64,000 bases of DNA from Gemmatimonadota bacterium (GTDB taxonomy: Bacteria > Gemmatimonadota > Gemmatimonadetes > Gemmatimonadales > GWC2-71-9), in the NCBI GenBank assembly GCA_036679605.1, contig JAZDCZ010000386.1, positions 123,359 to 187,358 of the forward strand, given 5' to 3'. How positions within the stretch are numbered: the first letter of the stretch is position 1; each line of letters starts with the position of its first letter. The notes under the pieces are model-generated. The model ran no database searches. It was not told the DNA's origin and saw nothing but the letters and a program-made list of their open reading frames with translations. Position numbers and translations under genes: made by a program. Of this stretch, positions 1 to 12,584 are shown in pieces.

Positions 1-660
1 CTCGCCGACTACTTCGGCTGCATCCACCTACTAGAGGATCTGATCGAAGGCGGCCGCGCGTTCGCCGACGCTCACCATTTGCTTGGGTTGGCGTTTCAGA
101 TGATCGGCCGACCTGAGCGTGCTCTCGAGTCACTGGATCATGCCTTGGAACTCAATCCCCGGTACGTGGAGGCCCATATCCATCGCGGGATTGTGCTGGG
201 CGAATTGGGAAGACCGGCCGAAGCCGAAGATTCGTTTGCGGCGGCGCGAGACTACGGTGGCGGAGAAAGAGGCGGGGTTCCTGCGCACCATGCATCCGAA
301 CTCGCCAACCTCCATGCCGCGCTTGGTGAGGCCTATGTCGAAGCTGGAGCCCTGAGCCAGGCGATTGACCAATACGAAGCGGCGTTGCGCTTCGGACCTG
401 AGTTTCACGACCTCCGCTATCGGCTGGGGAGGCTACTGCTCGAGGCCGGCCGCTCCCTGGAAGCTCGTGAGGCACTCAAGCAGGTGGCCGACGCCAGGCC
501 TGGATCAAATGACGTCAGATCGACCTTCGGGATGGCCTGCTATGTGTCGGGTGATGCGGGCACTGCGAGAGAAGTATGGGAGGAGCTGCTGGAGCGGGAC
601 CCAGACGATACGAGAGCAATCACTTATCTTACCATGCTAGATCGTGGGGCGGACGCCTAA
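1..660 (+). CDS. TPR-repeat protein, 5'-truncated by the window edge
   Basis: Frame is open from base 1; repeated TPR helices (ALELNPRYVEAHIHRG, HAALGEAY..AIDQYEAAL). Confidence 0.8.
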   Translation, partial: LADYFGCIHLLEDLIEGGRAFADAHHLLGLAFQMIGRPERALESLDHALELNPRYVEAHIHRGIVLGELGRPAEAEDSFAAARDYGGGERGGVPAHHASELANLHAALGEAYVEAGALSQAIDQYEAALRFGPEFHDLRYRLGRLLLEAGRSLEAREALKQVADARPGSNDVRSTFGMACYVSGDAGTAREVWEELLERDPDDTRAITYLTMLDRGADA

Positions 661-661
661 G

Positions 662-1570
662 TTGCCGTGTCGATTTGGGCCGATCGTCGCAGTGTTCTTA
701 TTCGCTGGGTGTGTCGGATCTGCAACTGAGCACGAAGTGCTGGGTGACCAGGCGTACGCAGACGGCAGATTTAGGGATGCCTTGGTAGAGTACCGACTGG
801 CTCTCCTCCAGCGCAGTGATCCCGAACTACATGCCAAGACGGCTGCTGCTGCCTTCCACACCGGTGAGCTTACGAGTGCTGCCGAGCAGTATGTTGCTGT
901 GGCAGAGTCGGGTGGTGAATCCGGCGTTTCCGAAGGGGCGGATGGTCTGGCGCGGGTTGCCCGGGCGGCGTTGGCGGGCCGGGATCGGATCGCGTTGACG
1001 ACCGCCCTTGTCGGCTTGCAGCAGATCGCACCTGGGCGCGCGCTGGGCTCGTTTTCTCGCGAGATTGCCAGCCAGGTAGGTGACGCACCGCCGTCGGAGG
1101 AAGTGTTGTCCGTGCTGGAGTTGGCTGCCGCCGGGGCACCGGATGCTCGATTACAGGATTCACTTGTCTACAAGTACTCAGTAGTGCTCCGACGATTGGA
1201 GCGGTGCGAGGAGGCCCTGCCGGTGCTCGAAAGCCTCTTGAGGCGGCAGCGCGAACCGGCGGTGTTGGATAGTGCGCGGCAGGATCTTGGGTTTTGCGCC
1301 CTGAGGCTCGGCCGGGAGTCGTTGGACCAGGGACTGCCGCTGTCCGCCGAAGCATGGTTCCAGCGGGCGGTGGCTGGCTCTGGTACGACGCGATATGGGC
1401 GGATGGCGTATGTAGGATTGGGTGATGTGCTGTTTGCCAGAGCTGATTTTGCGGGTGCGGCAGCGGCCTATGAGAGTGCGTTCGTGGGCGGTACACCTGA
1501 CGATTCAATTTCGGTGGCTGCGGCGGCACGCCTCAGGATAGTTGAAGCAGCTGGAACGGGGACTCCATAA
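662..1570 (+). CDS. Putative TPR-like lipoprotein
   Basis: Lipobox-like LFAGC after a hydrophobic stretch; helical TPR-like repeats. Start codon uncertain (644 or 662). Confidence 0.6.
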   Translation: MPCRFGPIVAVFLFAGCVGSATEHEVLGDQAYADGRFRDALVEYRLALLQRSDPELHAKTAAAAFHTGELTSAAEQYVAVAESGGESGVSEGADGLARVARAALAGRDRIALTTALVGLQQIAPGRALGSFSREIASQVGDAPPSEEVLSVLELAAAGAPDARLQDSLVYKYSVVLRRLERCEEALPVLESLLRRQREPAVLDSARQDLGFCALRLGRESLDQGLPLSAEAWFQRAVAGSGTTRYGRMAYVGLGDVLFARADFAGAAAAYESAFVGGTPDDSISVAAAARLRIVEAAGTGTP

Positions 1571-1654
1571 TGGTGTTAAATCGAGGTGGCTTGGCTGAAC
1601 GGCGGTCTCTTAAGACAATGGACATGGGAATTGACAAATGGTGGAGTTTAGGCA

Positions 1655-2455
1655 GTGACATCATGTAGTTGGCCACAGCACCACCGTTCTGCAACTCCAC
1701 CGTCGTTCCCAGTCAAGCCATCATCGTGGCTGGTGCTGTTGCTGACAGTCGGAGTTCTCGCATGTGGACGTGGCCTGAATCTTTCGCAGTATCCAACTCC
1801 CGAAGCGCTACTGGAGGTTTCACTTCTGAAGTTTGCGGAAGGGAATTGCGGAGCGGCGGAGACAGGGTTCGAAAGCCTCACCTTGGTGCTGTCCTCCAGA
1901 GATCCGCGGCAGGCCATCGCGCGCTTCTTCATAGCCGAGTGCAGTTTTAAGCGTAAGCGCTATCTGCAGGCAACGCGCGACTACCGGCGCGTGACAAACG
2001 AGCATCCCCAAGATTCGCTGGCACCCAGGGCACTGTTGAGAGCCGGCGAAGCATATGGAAAGCTGTGGAGACGATCGGAGCTGGATGCAACCAACGGGCT
2101 GAGTGCGCTCACCACCTACAGCGAATTGCTGAACCGGTACCCATCTAGCCCTGAAGTGTTGCAGGCTCGCGAGCGTATTACCGTCTTGAACGAGAAGTTC
2201 GCGAAGAAGGAATACGACTCTGGGATCTTCTACCTGCGTCTCAAGGCGTTCGATTCAGCGATAACATATTTTAAGACCGTTGTAGCCGATTACCCGCAAT
2301 CGATCTTCGCACCGGAAGCTCTGCTGAAACTGGTTGAAGCCTTTGACAAAATCGGCTACAACGAAGACAAGAACGATATGTGCACACAGTTGCAACGATT
2401 CTATCCGGAGGTACTCGATCGGGCCGAGTCATGTCCGGCTCGGAACGCCCCGTAG
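1655..2455 (+). CDS. bamD: Outer membrane protein assembly factor BamD
   Basis: Lipobox VLAC; motifs LLNRYPSS and LAKKEY-like..GIFYLR..A..SAI.YF..VV..YP. Start uncertain. Confidence 0.8.
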   Translation: MTSCSWPQHHRSATPPSFPVKPSSWLVLLLTVGVLACGRGLNLSQYPTPEALLEVSLLKFAEGNCGAAETGFESLTLVLSSRDPRQAIARFFIAECSFKRKRYLQATRDYRRVTNEHPQDSLAPRALLRAGEAYGKLWRRSELDATNGLSALTTYSELLNRYPSSPEVLQARERITVLNEKFAKKEYDSGIFYLRLKAFDSAITYFKTVVADYPQSIFAPEALLKLVEAFDKIGYNEDKNDMCTQLQRFYPEVLDRAESCPARNAP

Positions 2456-2462
2456 GCAGAAC

Positions 2463-3038
2463 TTGCGGATCGGAATCTTTGGTGGGTCGTTCGACCCGCC
2501 ACACATAGCGCACGTTGCGGTGGCGTCAGCGGCAGCAGACATGCTTTCGCTCGACCGCGTTCATTTCGTCCCGACGTTCATGCAACCGCTGAAGCCCGGA
2601 CCGCACGTTGGTTCTCCGCAGGAGCGTCTGGAAATGGTGAGGGCGGTCGTGGCGGAAGACCCTCGGTTCGTTGCCGATGCGAGGGAGATAGAGCGGGCGG
2701 GCACTTCCTATACAATCGATACACTGCGCAGCCTGCGGCGCGATTTTCCCAATTCTGAGCTATCTTTATTGATTGGGGCAGATACGGTCCAAGACCTTCC
2801 TCGGTGGCACGAGTGGGAGGAACTGCCCCGATTGGCGAGCATAGTGGTGCTTTCACGGCCAGGTGCCAAGCCCGCGGTCAGCGCAGCGGTGGCCAGCTAC
2901 CTCGAGGTGCCGGAGATCGACATCTCCGCCACTCGGATACGCGAGACGATTCGCGATGGTCGACCGTTTCGGGAGCTGCTACCCGCTTCCGTCGCCGATT
3001 ACATAGAAACGCACGGTCTCTACGGTTTAGGGAACTGA
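2463..3038 (+). CDS. nadD: Nicotinate-nucleotide adenylyltransferase
   Basis: [28 protein letters not shown] and ISATRIR motifs; TTG start chosen. Confidence 0.93.
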   Translation: MRIGIFGGSFDPPHIAHVAVASAAADMLSLDRVHFVPTFMQPLKPGPHVGSPQERLEMVRAVVAEDPRFVADAREIERAGTSYTIDTLRSLRRDFPNSELSLLIGADTVQDLPRWHEWEELPRLASIVVLSRPGAKPAVSAAVASYLEVPEIDISATRIRETIRDGRPFRELLPASVADYIETHGLYGLGN

Positions 3039-6000
3039 TGATCAAAGACTTAGTGAACAAGGTGATCGGCACACGCTTCGAGAGAGAACTGAAGCGGATC
3101 CAGCCGATTATAGATCAGATAAAAGAACACGAGCAGCGTCTCGCATCATACTCTGAGGCCGAGATTCAGCAGCAGACTACCAAGCTTCGTGGCATGGTCA
3201 AGGAGCGTATCGGCGCACTGGAAGGCGAGGTGGCCAAGAAGAAAGAGGCAAAACGTAGCTGCAGTGACCCCGGCGAGCGGGATGCAATCGGCAAAGAACT
3301 ACATGACTTGGAGGACCAACTCCACACTACTACGGCCGAGGCCCTCGATGAAGTCCTTCCCGAGGCATTCGCAACGGTTCGAGAGGCTTGCCGCCGACTG
3401 ATCGGAACCAAAGTCGTAGTGACGGCATACGAGCTGACGTGGGACATGGTGCCCTACGATGTTCAGTTGATCGGGGGGTTAGTTCTTCACCAGGGCAAGA
3501 TCGCCGAGATGGCGACGGGTGAAGGCAAAACGTTGGTCGCGACGTTACCGCTCTATTTGAACGCCCTAACAGGGCGGGGTGCTCACCTGGTAACGGTCAA
3601 TGACTATCTAGCCCGCCGAGACTCAGAGTGGATGGGCCATCTGTTCAGTTTTCTCGGGCTATCCGTCGGATGCCTTGACAAGACCGAACCATCCACGCCG
3701 GAGCGGCGCGCCGCTTACAACTGCGATGTTACCTACGGCACGAACAACGAATTCGGCTTCGATTATTTGCGCGACAATATGGTGTTCTCTTTCGACCAGA
3801 GAGTGCAGCGCGAACACGTCTACGCGATCATCGACGAAGTCGACAGCATCTTGATCGACGAGGCAAGAACGCCGCTCATCATCTCTGGTCCCGTCGGCAA
3901 CGAGGGTGATGTAGAGTACGCGCAGCACAACTCACAGGTGCTGCGGTTGGTCCGTAAACAGACAAAAATCGTGAACGAACTCGTCGCCGCAGGTGAGCCG
4001 CTCCTGGACGATGAGGGCACCGAATACGAAGCCGCAGTCAAGTTATTCAAGGCCCAGCTCGGCATGCCGAAACATAAGCGGCTCATGAAGTTACTGCAGA
4101 AATCCGGGATCAAGCAGCTAGTGCAGCGAGTGGATCTGGATCGCATAGCAGACAGGAAGCTGCCGTCCCAGCAGCAAAGATTCCGTGACATTGAGGAAGA
4201 GCTTTACTTCGTGCTGGATGAACGTGGGCACTCTGTACACCTGACCGAACTGGGTGTCGAAGAGATGAGTCCGAGCGATCCGACGCTGTTCGTCGTGCCG
4301 GATATTTCGGAGGAGATGGGACGCCTCGAACATGACGAGGATATGCCGGCAGAGGAAAAACTGCGGCGCAAGACCGAACTCGAAGCGGAGTATGCGTCAA
4401 AGAGCGAAGAACTCCACATCATACACAAGCTGCTTCAGGCTCACGCACTCTACGAAAAAGACGTCGAGTACGTCGTGCAAGATGGTCAGGTGTACATCGT
4501 GGACGAATTCACCGGCCGCATAATGGCCGGGCGGCGCTGGTCGGACGGACTACATCAGGCGATCGAGGCCAAGGAAGGTGTGACGGTGCGAGGCGAGACT
4601 CAAACGCTCGCCACGATCACGATCCAGAATTACTTCCGGATGTTCGAGAAACTCTCCGGTATGACGGGGACGGCGGAGACCGAAGAGACGGAATTCTTCG
4701 AGATATATAAGCTAGACGTAATGGTGATCCCGACCAACCGTCCGGTGCGGCGGGTCGATGGTCACGATCTCATTTACAAGACCAGGCGTGAGAAATACAA
4801 CTCTATCGTCGATGAGGTCGAACGCCATCGCGAAAGAGGGCTGCCGGTTCTGGTGGGTACCGCGACGGTCGAGGTATCGGAGACACTGTCGCGGTTGTTC
4901 AAACGCCGGGGTATCAAGCACGAAGTTCTCAACGCGAAGCAGCATCAGCGAGAGGCCGAAATCGTGAGGAACGCCGGTCGTGCCGGGTCGGTAACCATTG
5001 CGACCAACATGGCGGGCCGGGGTACCGACATCAAGTTGGGGCCGGGAGTCAAGAGCTGTGAGGTCTGTGGGATCAAATCGAAACTGGCGCCATTCGGGCA
5101 GCAGGTGGAGCAGCCCGATCTCGATGGGGACGAGATGAAGAAGCGGGGCTGCAATGACGATCCTCCGTGTGGATTGGTGATTGTCGGCACCGAGAGGCAC
5201 GAGTCCCGTCGCATAGACAGACAGCTCCGCGGCCGCTCCGGCCGACAGGGAGATCCGGGGCAGAGCACATTCTTCCTGTCGTTGGAAGACGATCTCATGC
5301 GGCTTTTTGGATCCGAGAGGATTGCCAAGATCATGGACCGCAGTGGTGCGGAGGAAGGTGAGGTGATTACCCACCCGCTTGTTACGCGAGCCATTGGGAA
5401 CGCCCAGAAGAGAGTGGAGCTGCAGAACTTCGATGCACGCAAGCGATTGCTGGAGTATGACGATGTCATGAACCAGCAACGTGAGGTGATCTACTCGCTA
5501 CGGCTGTTCGCGCTGGAGGGTGGAGAGGAACTCAAGGCTGAGGCGATCCGCACTATTGACGGGGCCTTGACTCGGTTTGCAGAGGAGGAATTGGACGGGT
5601 CGGAGGACTGGGACCGTGAACTCGTCTCCACCGCCTTGCTGCAGCGGTTCTTGCTTTCTGCTCCAGACATCCAGGATGCGGACAAGGTACCGGACCTCGG
5701 TTCGCTCGCCTCGCTGCTTCACGCAGCAGGTCGGACCGCATTTGAAACCAAACTGGTCACGTGGGATGAACTGGGGTCTCGTCACGGGATCGAGCAGCTC
5801 GGCGAGAAAGTACTGTCGCATCTCTTCCTACGGGTGCTGGACGAAAAGTGGAAGGACCACCTGTTCGAGCTAGACCATCTGAGGAGCGGGATCTACTATC
5901 GGTCGCTCGGTCAGAAGGACCCGTTGGTGGAGTACAAGAGGGAAGCATTCGACATGTTCGTGGATCTCATGCACGACATCCGATCCACGTTCACCGAAAC

Positions 6001-6286
6001 CTTCTTCAAGCATCAATTGCAGGTCAACGCTGGTCCGCCCGCCCAAAGACCTGCTGGTCCGCGAGTTGAGCAGCGTTCTGAGCCGGTTTCCGAGACCGAT
6101 TTGATGGTGCCGGGAGCTGCCAGAACCCGCTCCCGAACGGACGGTATCGTGACATCTCATGGCGAGCGGCCCTCAGCCGGCGGTGCAGCGGTTGGACAGC
6201 AGACCATGCCTAAGGTGGGCCGGAACGACCCCTGCCCTTGCGGAAGCGGGAGAAAGTACAAGAAATGCCACGGGGCCAAGGCCTGA
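3038..6286 (+). CDS. secA: Preprotein translocase ATPase SecA
   Basis: [39 protein letters not shown]-terminal [19 protein letters not shown]. Confidence 0.98.
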   Translation: MIKDLVNKVIGTRFERELKRIQPIIDQIKEHEQRLASYSEAEIQQQTTKLRGMVKERIGALEGEVAKKKEAKRSCSDPGERDAIGKELHDLEDQLHTTTAEALDEVLPEAFATVREACRRLIGTKVVVTAYELTWDMVPYDVQLIGGLVLHQGKIAEMATGEGKTLVATLPLYLNALTGRGAHLVTVNDYLARRDSEWMGHLFSFLGLSVGCLDKTEPSTPERRAAYNCDVTYGTNNEFGFDYLRDNMVFSFDQRVQREHVYAIIDEVDSILIDEARTPLIISGPVGNEGDVEYAQHNSQVLRLVRKQTKIVNELVAAGEPLLDDEGTEYEAAVKLFKAQLGMPKHKRLMKLLQKSGIKQLVQRVDLDRIADRKLPSQQQRFRDIEEELYFVLDERGHSVHLTELGVEEMSPSDPTLFVVPDISEEMGRLEHDEDMPAEEKLRRKTELEAEYASKSEELHIIHKLLQAHALYEKDVEYVVQDGQVYIVDEFTGRIMAGRRWSDGLHQAIEAKEGVTVRGETQTLATITIQNYFRMFEKLSGMTGTAETEETEFFEIYKLDVMVIPTNRPVRRVDGHDLIYKTRREKYNSIVDEVERHRERGLPVLVGTATVEVSETLSRLFKRRGIKHEVLNAKQHQREAEIVRNAGRAGSVTIATNMAGRGTDIKLGPGVKSCEVCGIKSKLAPFGQQVEQPDLDGDEMKKRGCNDDPPCGLVIVGTERHESRRIDRQLRGRSGRQGDPGQSTFFLSLEDDLMRLFGSERIAKIMDRSGAEEGEVITHPLVTRAIGNAQKRVELQNFDARKRLLEYDDVMNQQREVIYSLRLFALEGGEELKAEAIRTIDGALTRFAEEELDGSEDWDRELVSTALLQRFLLSAPDIQDADKVPDLGSLASLLHAAGRTAFETKLVTWDELGSRHGIEQLGEKVLSHLFLRVLDEKWKDHLFELDHLRSGIYYRSLGQKDPLVEYKREAFDMFVDLMHDIRSTFTETFFKHQLQVNAGPPAQRPAGPRVEQRSEPVSETDLMVPGAARTRSRTDGIVTSHGERPSAGGAAVGQQTMPKVGRNDPCPCGSGRKYKKCHGAKA

Positions 6287-6379
6287 TATGACGCGCAAAG
6301 GGTCCGATGTCGTAGACTACGGGTACGTCTTGCGCTGATTCGTTTATGTTTTTCTCTCCGAAGTGCACATCTTCGGGGG

Positions 6380-7066
6380 ATGGACAGCCTTCGACTTTCC
6401 GAAACCCGAGTTGCAGACAGACCCCGCGAGCGGCTATTCACGCTCGGTGTGGCCTCGTTGACGACCACTGAACTCCTCGCCATTCTGATAAGTACGGGAA
6501 CTGCGCGCCGCGACGCACTTGAGGTGGCAGGTGGACTCCTGCGGATTGGGACGGGCTCCCTGCGCGAACTGGCTCGCCGCCCGCCGGGAGAACTGGCCGG
6601 TGTGTCCGGGGTAGGTAAGGCCAAGGCCGCAAGAGTGGCCGCGGCCTTAGAACTGGCGCAGCGATTGGCAGGAGAGGGGCGGGAAGAGCCGTTTGGCATA
6701 CGGAGTCCAGCTGATGTTCACCGCTGGTGCGGGCCGCGCATGCGTGACTTGGCGGTAGAGGAATTTCATCTGTTGGCGCTTGATACACAGAACAGGATCC
6801 GGCGCGATCTACTGATAACGCGGGGCATCCTCGACAGCTCGTTGGTTCATCCACGGGAGGTGTTTAGGGCAGCCATTGCGGAGGCTGCAGCCGGCGTCAT
6901 CGTGGTGCATAACCACCCGAGCGGTAACCCCACGCCTTCGGCCGACGACCGAGCGGTAACCAGGCAGCTGAGCGACGCGGGGAAGCTACTCGACATTCCG
7001 CTCTACGATCACGTTGTGGTGGGTGGAGATAGATACTTCAGCTTTGCGGAGGCAGGTCTTTTGTGA
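6380..7066 (+). CDS. radC: RadC/JAB-domain protein
   Basis: RPRERL, ELLAILI, VHPREVF, HNHPSG.P.PS..D, YDHVVVG. Confidence 0.93.
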   Translation: MDSLRLSETRVADRPRERLFTLGVASLTTTELLAILISTGTARRDALEVAGGLLRIGTGSLRELARRPPGELAGVSGVGKAKAARVAAALELAQRLAGEGREEPFGIRSPADVHRWCGPRMRDLAVEEFHLLALDTQNRIRRDLLITRGILDSSLVHPREVFRAAIAEAAAGVIVVHNHPSGNPTPSADDRAVTRQLSDAGKLLDIPLYDHVVVGGDRYFSFAEAGLL

Positions 7067-9243
7067 CGGTTGCGTTGGCGAAGGTCGATTCTGCATTTGC
7101 AGCAGTCCTAGCTGAGCGGAAAGATAGGCTGGACTTGCCGTTGGTCGAGCGTGCGTTCGAATTCAGCGCCGCCGCCCACCGGGGGCAGAAGCGCCTTTCG
7201 GGCGAAGACTTTATCTACCACGCGATCGAGGTCGCCAAGATCCTCGTAGAGCAGCATCTCGATTCCATTACTATCGCCGCTGCATTGCTCCACGACGTCG
7301 TGGAAGATGCCGAGGTCGAGCTAGACGAAATCAAGGAGCTGTTTGGGGAAGAAGTAGCGGGGATGGTAGACGGACTTACCAAGATCTCGAGCTTGACCTT
7401 CCAGTCGGCAGCAGAAGAACAATCTGAGAACTACCGCAAGTTGCTGCTTTCGATCGCACGGGATGCGCGAGTGATCGTAGTCAAGTTGGCGGATCGCCTA
7501 CACAATATGCGCACGCTCGAACACCTGCCGGCGGAGAGTCGTCGCCGGATCGCGCTGGAAACCCGAGAGATCTACGCACCCCTGGCGCATCGCTTTGGAA
7601 TGGCTGGTGTCAAGGCCGAACTCGAAGATCTGGCGTTCAAGTTCCTGGAGCCGGACGATTACGAGCAGCTCGTTTCCACCATCCAGGCGACGGCCGCTGA
7701 ACGCGATCAGATGATAGAAGGTCTGCGCCGGCCGTTAGAGGCAGCCCTACGGCAGGCCGAAATACAAAATTTTGAGATCACGGGACGGCCCAAGCACCTC
7801 TGGTCGATCTACAAGAAGATGACGCAGAGAGACCACCCGTTCGAGGAGATTTACGATCTGATGGCCGTCAGAGTACTCGTCGATAGCGTGCCTGATTGTT
7901 ACCATGTTCTGGGTGTAATCCACCACAAGTGGACTCCGTTGCAGGAACGAATCAAAGATTATATCGCGTCGCCCAAGTCGAATGCCTATCAGTCTCTCCA
8001 CACAACCATCTTCGGTCCCGTAGGCAGTCTCTATGAGATCCAAATAAGAACTCGCGAAATGCACCGGACCGCCGAATACGGTATCGCGGCTCACTGGGTG
8101 TACAAGGAAAAAGGGAAACGTGACGAGCTGGACGATCAGTTCGTTTGGTTCAGGCAGTTGCTCGAACTGCAACAGGACGAGCACAGCCCCGAGGAATTTC
8201 TCGAATTTCTGAAAATCGATCTGTTTCAGGATGAGATATTTGTTTTCACGCCCAAGGGTGACGTAAAGCGCTTGCCGAAAGGTGCGACGGTAATCGACTT
8301 CGCGTTCGCCGTGCATACTGAGGTTGGTCTGAAGACGCAGGGGGCAAAGGTAAACGGGAGGATCACACCGCTCCACCGGTCGCTCAAGAACGGTGATACC
8401 GTGACGGTACTCAGCGGTCCGCACGCGCGACCAAGCAAGGATTGGCTCAGCCATGTTCGAACAGCCCGCGCACGCCACAAGATCCGTCAGTGGCTAAAAC
8501 TCGAGGAACGCGATACCAGCATCGGACTGGGCAAGGAAATACTCGCGCGCGAACTGCGCCGCCGAAAGCTCGGCGCTGTGAAACCAAAGCAGACCGCGCA
8601 GGCCGCCGATCGCCTGTCCGTCGGATCGGCCGACGGACTCTACCACGTTTTGGGTCGCGGTGACGTGCCGATAGGGCAAGTCATCAAGGCCCTATTCCCC
8701 GATCACAAGACGGAGGCTCTGGAGGCGCCCAAGCCGACCATGTTCGGCAGGGTGCTGGACCGCATCCGTCTGGGTCGTGGTGTCCGCATTCACGGTGTAG
8801 ACGGTCTAGTGGTACGATATGCACAGTGCTGCCAGCCGGTACCGGGAGATCCAGTGGTAGGATATGTGACTAAAGGGCGGGGGATCTCCATCCATAGGGC
8901 CGACTGCGCCAACCTCCTAACGATGTCATCCGATGCCGATCGCCGGGTGGAAATCGACTGGCAGAGCATGCAGGATGAAGTCTTCGTGGTCTGTCTCGGG
9001 GTCTCCGGTGAGGATCGGAGAGGTCTCTACGCTGACCTAATGGATGCGGTATCCCGGACGGGGACCAACATCAGAAGCGCGGAACTCTCGAGCAAAGACG
9101 CTGCAATGTTTGGTTCAGTTCTAGTGGAGGTCGAAAACCAGGCGCAACTTGCCAAGGTGATGCGAGTGATGCGGCGGGTCAAAGGCATCACGTCGGTCGA
9201 TCGGAGGGAACCTACCTCCGCAGTCGATTCAGAATCGAGCTGA
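7063..9243 (+). CDS. rel: Long RelA/SpoT (p)ppGpp synthetase/hydrolase
   Basis: HD motif [35 protein letters not shown] and ACT regions. Confidence 0.95.
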   Translation: MTVALAKVDSAFAAVLAERKDRLDLPLVERAFEFSAAAHRGQKRLSGEDFIYHAIEVAKILVEQHLDSITIAAALLHDVVEDAEVELDEIKELFGEEVAGMVDGLTKISSLTFQSAAEEQSENYRKLLLSIARDARVIVVKLADRLHNMRTLEHLPAESRRRIALETREIYAPLAHRFGMAGVKAELEDLAFKFLEPDDYEQLVSTIQATAAERDQMIEGLRRPLEAALRQAEIQNFEITGRPKHLWSIYKKMTQRDHPFEEIYDLMAVRVLVDSVPDCYHVLGVIHHKWTPLQERIKDYIASPKSNAYQSLHTTIFGPVGSLYEIQIRTREMHRTAEYGIAAHWVYKEKGKRDELDDQFVWFRQLLELQQDEHSPEEFLEFLKIDLFQDEIFVFTPKGDVKRLPKGATVIDFAFAVHTEVGLKTQGAKVNGRITPLHRSLKNGDTVTVLSGPHARPSKDWLSHVRTARARHKIRQWLKLEERDTSIGLGKEILARELRRRKLGAVKPKQTAQAADRLSVGSADGLYHVLGRGDVPIGQVIKALFPDHKTEALEAPKPTMFGRVLDRIRLGRGVRIHGVDGLVVRYAQCCQPVPGDPVVGYVTKGRGISIHRADCANLLTMSSDADRRVEIDWQSMQDEVFVVCLGVSGEDRRGLYADLMDAVSRTGTNIRSAELSSKDAAMFGSVLVEVENQAQLAKVMRVMRRVKGITSVDRREPTSAVDSESS

Positions 9244-9265
9244 GGGTCCGACTGCTGCGGCTTCC

Positions 9266-11305
9266 GTGAGCGTTTTTGAATTGGAGATGCCGTTCGTGCT
9301 GGCTGGTGATCAGCCGCGCGCGATTGCCGAGTTGAGCAAGGGCCTCGACCGGGGCGAGCGATATCAGACGCTGCTGGGTGTAACCGGCTCGGGCAAGACC
9401 GTGACCATCGCCAACGTAATCGCCGCCCTTGGTCGTCCGGCCCTTGTCCTGTCGCACAACAAGACTCTCGCGGCCCAGCTTTACGGCGAATTCAAATCGT
9501 TCCTACCACGGAACGCCGTTGAATATTTCATCTCGTACTACGACTACTATCAGCCCGAAGCCTACGTGCCGGCTACTGACACCTACATAGAGAAGGATGC
9601 GTCGATAAACGACGATATAGACATGCTCCGGCTACGAACGACATCGAGCCTCATGGAGCGTCAAGATGTAGTGATCGTTGCGACCGTTAGCGCCATATAT
9701 GGATTGGGTGACCCCGCCGCATACCGTCAACTCATGCTGACGCTAAGCGAAGGTGAGGAGCGCTCTCGCGATGCGATATTCGAGGACCTGGTGCGGATAA
9801 GGTACGAGCGAAACGATATCGGGTTCGAGCGTGGAAAGTTCAGGGCCAGAGGTGACACGCTGGAGATCTTTCCGGCATACGAGGAACAGGCGGTACGGGT
9901 GGAATTATGGGGCGACACCGTGGAGAGGATCTCCAAAATAGATCCGCTCACGGGCAACGTCATCACACGGCTGGATCGCTGCGCTATCTATCCGGCAACC
10001 CACTTCGTAGTTCGCCGTCCGACCATCGAACGGGCGGTTACCCTGATCCGACAGGAACTGCGTGAGCGATTGGCGGAGCTGCGCGTGGCCGGCAAGTTGC
10101 TGGAGGCGCAACGGTTGGAATCGCGCACCCACTTCGACATCGACATGTTGCTAGAGGTGGGAGCATGTGCCGGCATTGAGAACTACAGCAGACATCTCAC
10201 TGGGCGCGGCGCCGGCGAGCGACCCGCATGCCTGCTCGACTATCTGCCCGACAACTATCTGACGATCATAGACGAATCACATGTTACCCTGCCTCAGATA
10301 GGCGGTATGTTCGAGGGGGACAAGTCTCGTAAGACAACTCTGGTGGAGTATGGCTTTCGACTCCCGTCGGCCCTGGACAACCGCCCCCTCAACATTACCG
10401 AATTCATGGATCTCACTCCGCGCACGCTGTTTGTGTCGGCGACCCCGGGCGCTACCGAGCTGGAGTTGAGCGGCGGAGTCGTAGTGGAGCAGATCATACG
10501 GCCGACCGGGCTGATCGATCCGCGAGTCGAGGTTCGGCCTGTCAAGGGCCAGGTCGATGACCTGCTGGCGGAGATCCGCGAGTGTGCGGCCAAGGGAGAT
10601 CGTGTCCTGGTTACGACACTTACCAAGCGCATGGCGGAGGATCTCACCGACTACCTTCTGCAGACCGGCGTCCGCGTCCGCTACATGCACTCAGACATCG
10701 ATACGATTGAGAGAATGGAAATTGTCCGCGGCCTCCGACTGGGGGAGTTCGATGTTCTTGTTGGTATCAACCTCCTAAGAGAGGGTTTGGATCTTCCTGA
10801 GGTGGCATTGGTCGCAATCCTCGATGCCGATCAAGAGGGTTTCTTGCGTTCGGATCGCTCAATAATTCAAACGGTTGGCCGCGGAGCGCGACACGTGAAT
10901 GGCCGGGCTATCCTGTACGCCGACCGGATTACGGGCTCGATGCAACGCGCCCTCGATGAGATGGACCGGCGAAGGGAAATCCAGCAATCCCACAATGAGG
11001 CACACGGCATTACTCCGCGATCGATTCATAAGTCCGTCGAGCAGGTACGTCTTGTCACCAGAGTTGCAGATGCGCGTCTAACAAAGATGCCGCAACCCGA
11101 ACCACTGAATCGTAGTGAACGATTGGACAGAGAGAGTCTCATCGTTTTGTTGGAGAAACAGATGAGGGAAGCGGCAGCAGAACTCGATTTCGAACTCGCG
11201 GCGCAGTTGAGGGACCAGGTCTTCGAGCTGAAGGCCGAAGGCGATCCGGTTCGAAGGAGCCCTCGAGGCGCACGCATGGGCCGGTCGGGTAAGCGTGGTA
11301 GCTGA
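9266..11305 (+). CDS. uvrB: Excinuclease ABC subunit B
   Basis: [40 protein letters not shown]-terminal UVR domain. Confidence 0.98.
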   Translation: MSVFELEMPFVLAGDQPRAIAELSKGLDRGERYQTLLGVTGSGKTVTIANVIAALGRPALVLSHNKTLAAQLYGEFKSFLPRNAVEYFISYYDYYQPEAYVPATDTYIEKDASINDDIDMLRLRTTSSLMERQDVVIVATVSAIYGLGDPAAYRQLMLTLSEGEERSRDAIFEDLVRIRYERNDIGFERGKFRARGDTLEIFPAYEEQAVRVELWGDTVERISKIDPLTGNVITRLDRCAIYPATHFVVRRPTIERAVTLIRQELRERLAELRVAGKLLEAQRLESRTHFDIDMLLEVGACAGIENYSRHLTGRGAGERPACLLDYLPDNYLTIIDESHVTLPQIGGMFEGDKSRKTTLVEYGFRLPSALDNRPLNITEFMDLTPRTLFVSATPGATELELSGGVVVEQIIRPTGLIDPRVEVRPVKGQVDDLLAEIRECAAKGDRVLVTTLTKRMAEDLTDYLLQTGVRVRYMHSDIDTIERMEIVRGLRLGEFDVLVGINLLREGLDLPEVALVAILDADQEGFLRSDRSIIQTVGRGARHVNGRAILYADRITGSMQRALDEMDRRREIQQSHNEAHGITPRSIHKSVEQVRLVTRVADARLTKMPQPEPLNRSERLDRESLIVLLEKQMREAAAELDFELAAQLRDQVFELKAEGDPVRRSPRGARMGRSGKRGS

Positions 11306-11729
11306 GCCACTGCGCGGGACGGAGAGACTCTTGTCACTCGATGCGATGCAGGCCGAAGCTGAAGTTCTTGCAACCGCAATCGAGGCCGGGGCAGTCGTCT
11401 GGCTTTCGGGTGAAGTCGGGTCCGGTAAGACCACCTTTGTTCAGGGATTCGCGAGAGCGATGGGGGTAGACTACGTGCGAAGTCCCACTTTTTCTCTCGT
11501 AAATGAATACCGGGCCCGTGACAAGACTCTGATCCACGTCGACTGCTATCGTTTGAGATCACCCGCCGAGGCTCTGGATCTCGATTTTCCGGACCTGGAG
11601 CGACGAGCTACAGTGCTGATAGTCGAGTGGCCCGAACAAGGAGGCGAGTTCGTGCCGGCCCCGGACGTTCATATCGTCTTGAGGCACGGGGACGATCCGT
11701 CCGTACGGCTCTTGGAGCGTGTCAGGTGA
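11295..11729 (+). CDS. tsaE: tRNA threonylcarbamoyladenosine ATPase TsaE
   Basis: [32 protein letters not shown]. Confidence 0.92.
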   Translation: MVAEPLRGTERLLSLDAMQAEAEVLATAIEAGAVVWLSGEVGSGKTTFVQGFARAMGVDYVRSPTFSLVNEYRARDKTLIHVDCYRLRSPAEALDLDFPDLERRATVLIVEWPEQGGEFVPAPDVHIVLRHGDDPSVRLLERVR

Positions 11730-12487
11730 GCTTGAGTCTGGCTCTGGATACGACAACCGCTATGGGGAGTGTAGCTGTCGGGGAACCCGGATCCATGCAG
11801 GCCGAAATTGTCATTGCCAACAGGCGACACGCGACCTCACTAGTACCGGCCATCGGAGAGGTGTTGCGCCTGGCAGGTGCGGACTACGGTGACTTGAGCG
11901 GCATTGTGGTGGCGGATGGGCCGGGCAGCTTCACCGGCCTCCGCATTGCCTTTGCGACGGTGAAGGGCCTCTTGATGGAGCATGACGACCTGACCCTCTC
12001 CACTGCCCCGTCTCTGCTAGCTGCTGCCTGGAGTGGACTTCAGATCGATCCGGCCCCGGTGGCCGCGCTATATGACGCACTCCGGGGCGAGGTCTTTGGG
12101 GGAGTTTACAGTCTTGCCGGCAATGAGATCCAAGTTGAGCTGCCACCGACTCTGGCTACTGTCGAGGCGCTTGAGCTACAGTCTCCGGTGCGGCCATGGC
12201 TGGCGGTCGGAGACGGCGCTGTGAGTCATTCGCAAGCTGTCCAGAAATGGACGGGACGACGACCGGTTGGCCCGCCGACAGGGGCACCGAGGGCCGGTGC
12301 ACTAATAGAGCTGCTCGCTGTTGGGAAGGCGACGACGTGCGTAAGGGATCCCGCCTCGTTTGAGCCGAATTACGGCCGTCAGGCCGAAGCACAGGTCCGT
12401 TGGGAGCGCGAACATGGGGTGCCTTTGGGGGCCGGACATGAGCCTCGGCACGACCCCGAAGTCAAGCCGAAACAGGGCTCGCAATAA
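11726..12487 (+). CDS. tsaB: tRNA threonylcarbamoyladenosine protein TsaB
   Basis: LALDTT, GPGSFTGLRI, EPNYGR; GTG start overlaps the tsaE stop. Confidence 0.9.
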   Translation: MSLSLALDTTTAMGSVAVGEPGSMQAEIVIANRRHATSLVPAIGEVLRLAGADYGDLSGIVVADGPGSFTGLRIAFATVKGLLMEHDDLTLSTAPSLLAAAWSGLQIDPAPVAALYDALRGEVFGGVYSLAGNEIQVELPPTLATVEALELQSPVRPWLAVGDGAVSHSQAVQKWTGRRPVGPPTGAPRAGALIELLAVGKATTCVRDPASFEPNYGRQAEAQVRWEREHGVPLGAGHEPRHDPEVKPKQGSQ

Positions 12488-12512
12488 ATCGCGCCAAGTC
12501 GCGTATCTTCGG

Positions 12513-12541
12513 TTGACAAAAGGACTTAAAGCTCCTATAGT
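12513..12541 (+). promoter_or_regulatory. Sigma70-type promoter for ssb
   Basis: TTGACA-17 nt-TATAGT upstream of a GGAGG RBS. Confidence 0.7.
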
Positions 12542-12584
12542 TTGTCCCCGTCCGGGTCCCACCCCGCGAACTTCGGAGGTAATT

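Noticed and set aside
6380..7066. radC as a mobile-element marker
   Set aside because: It is the full-length chromosomal type, coupled to rel within a housekeeping run.
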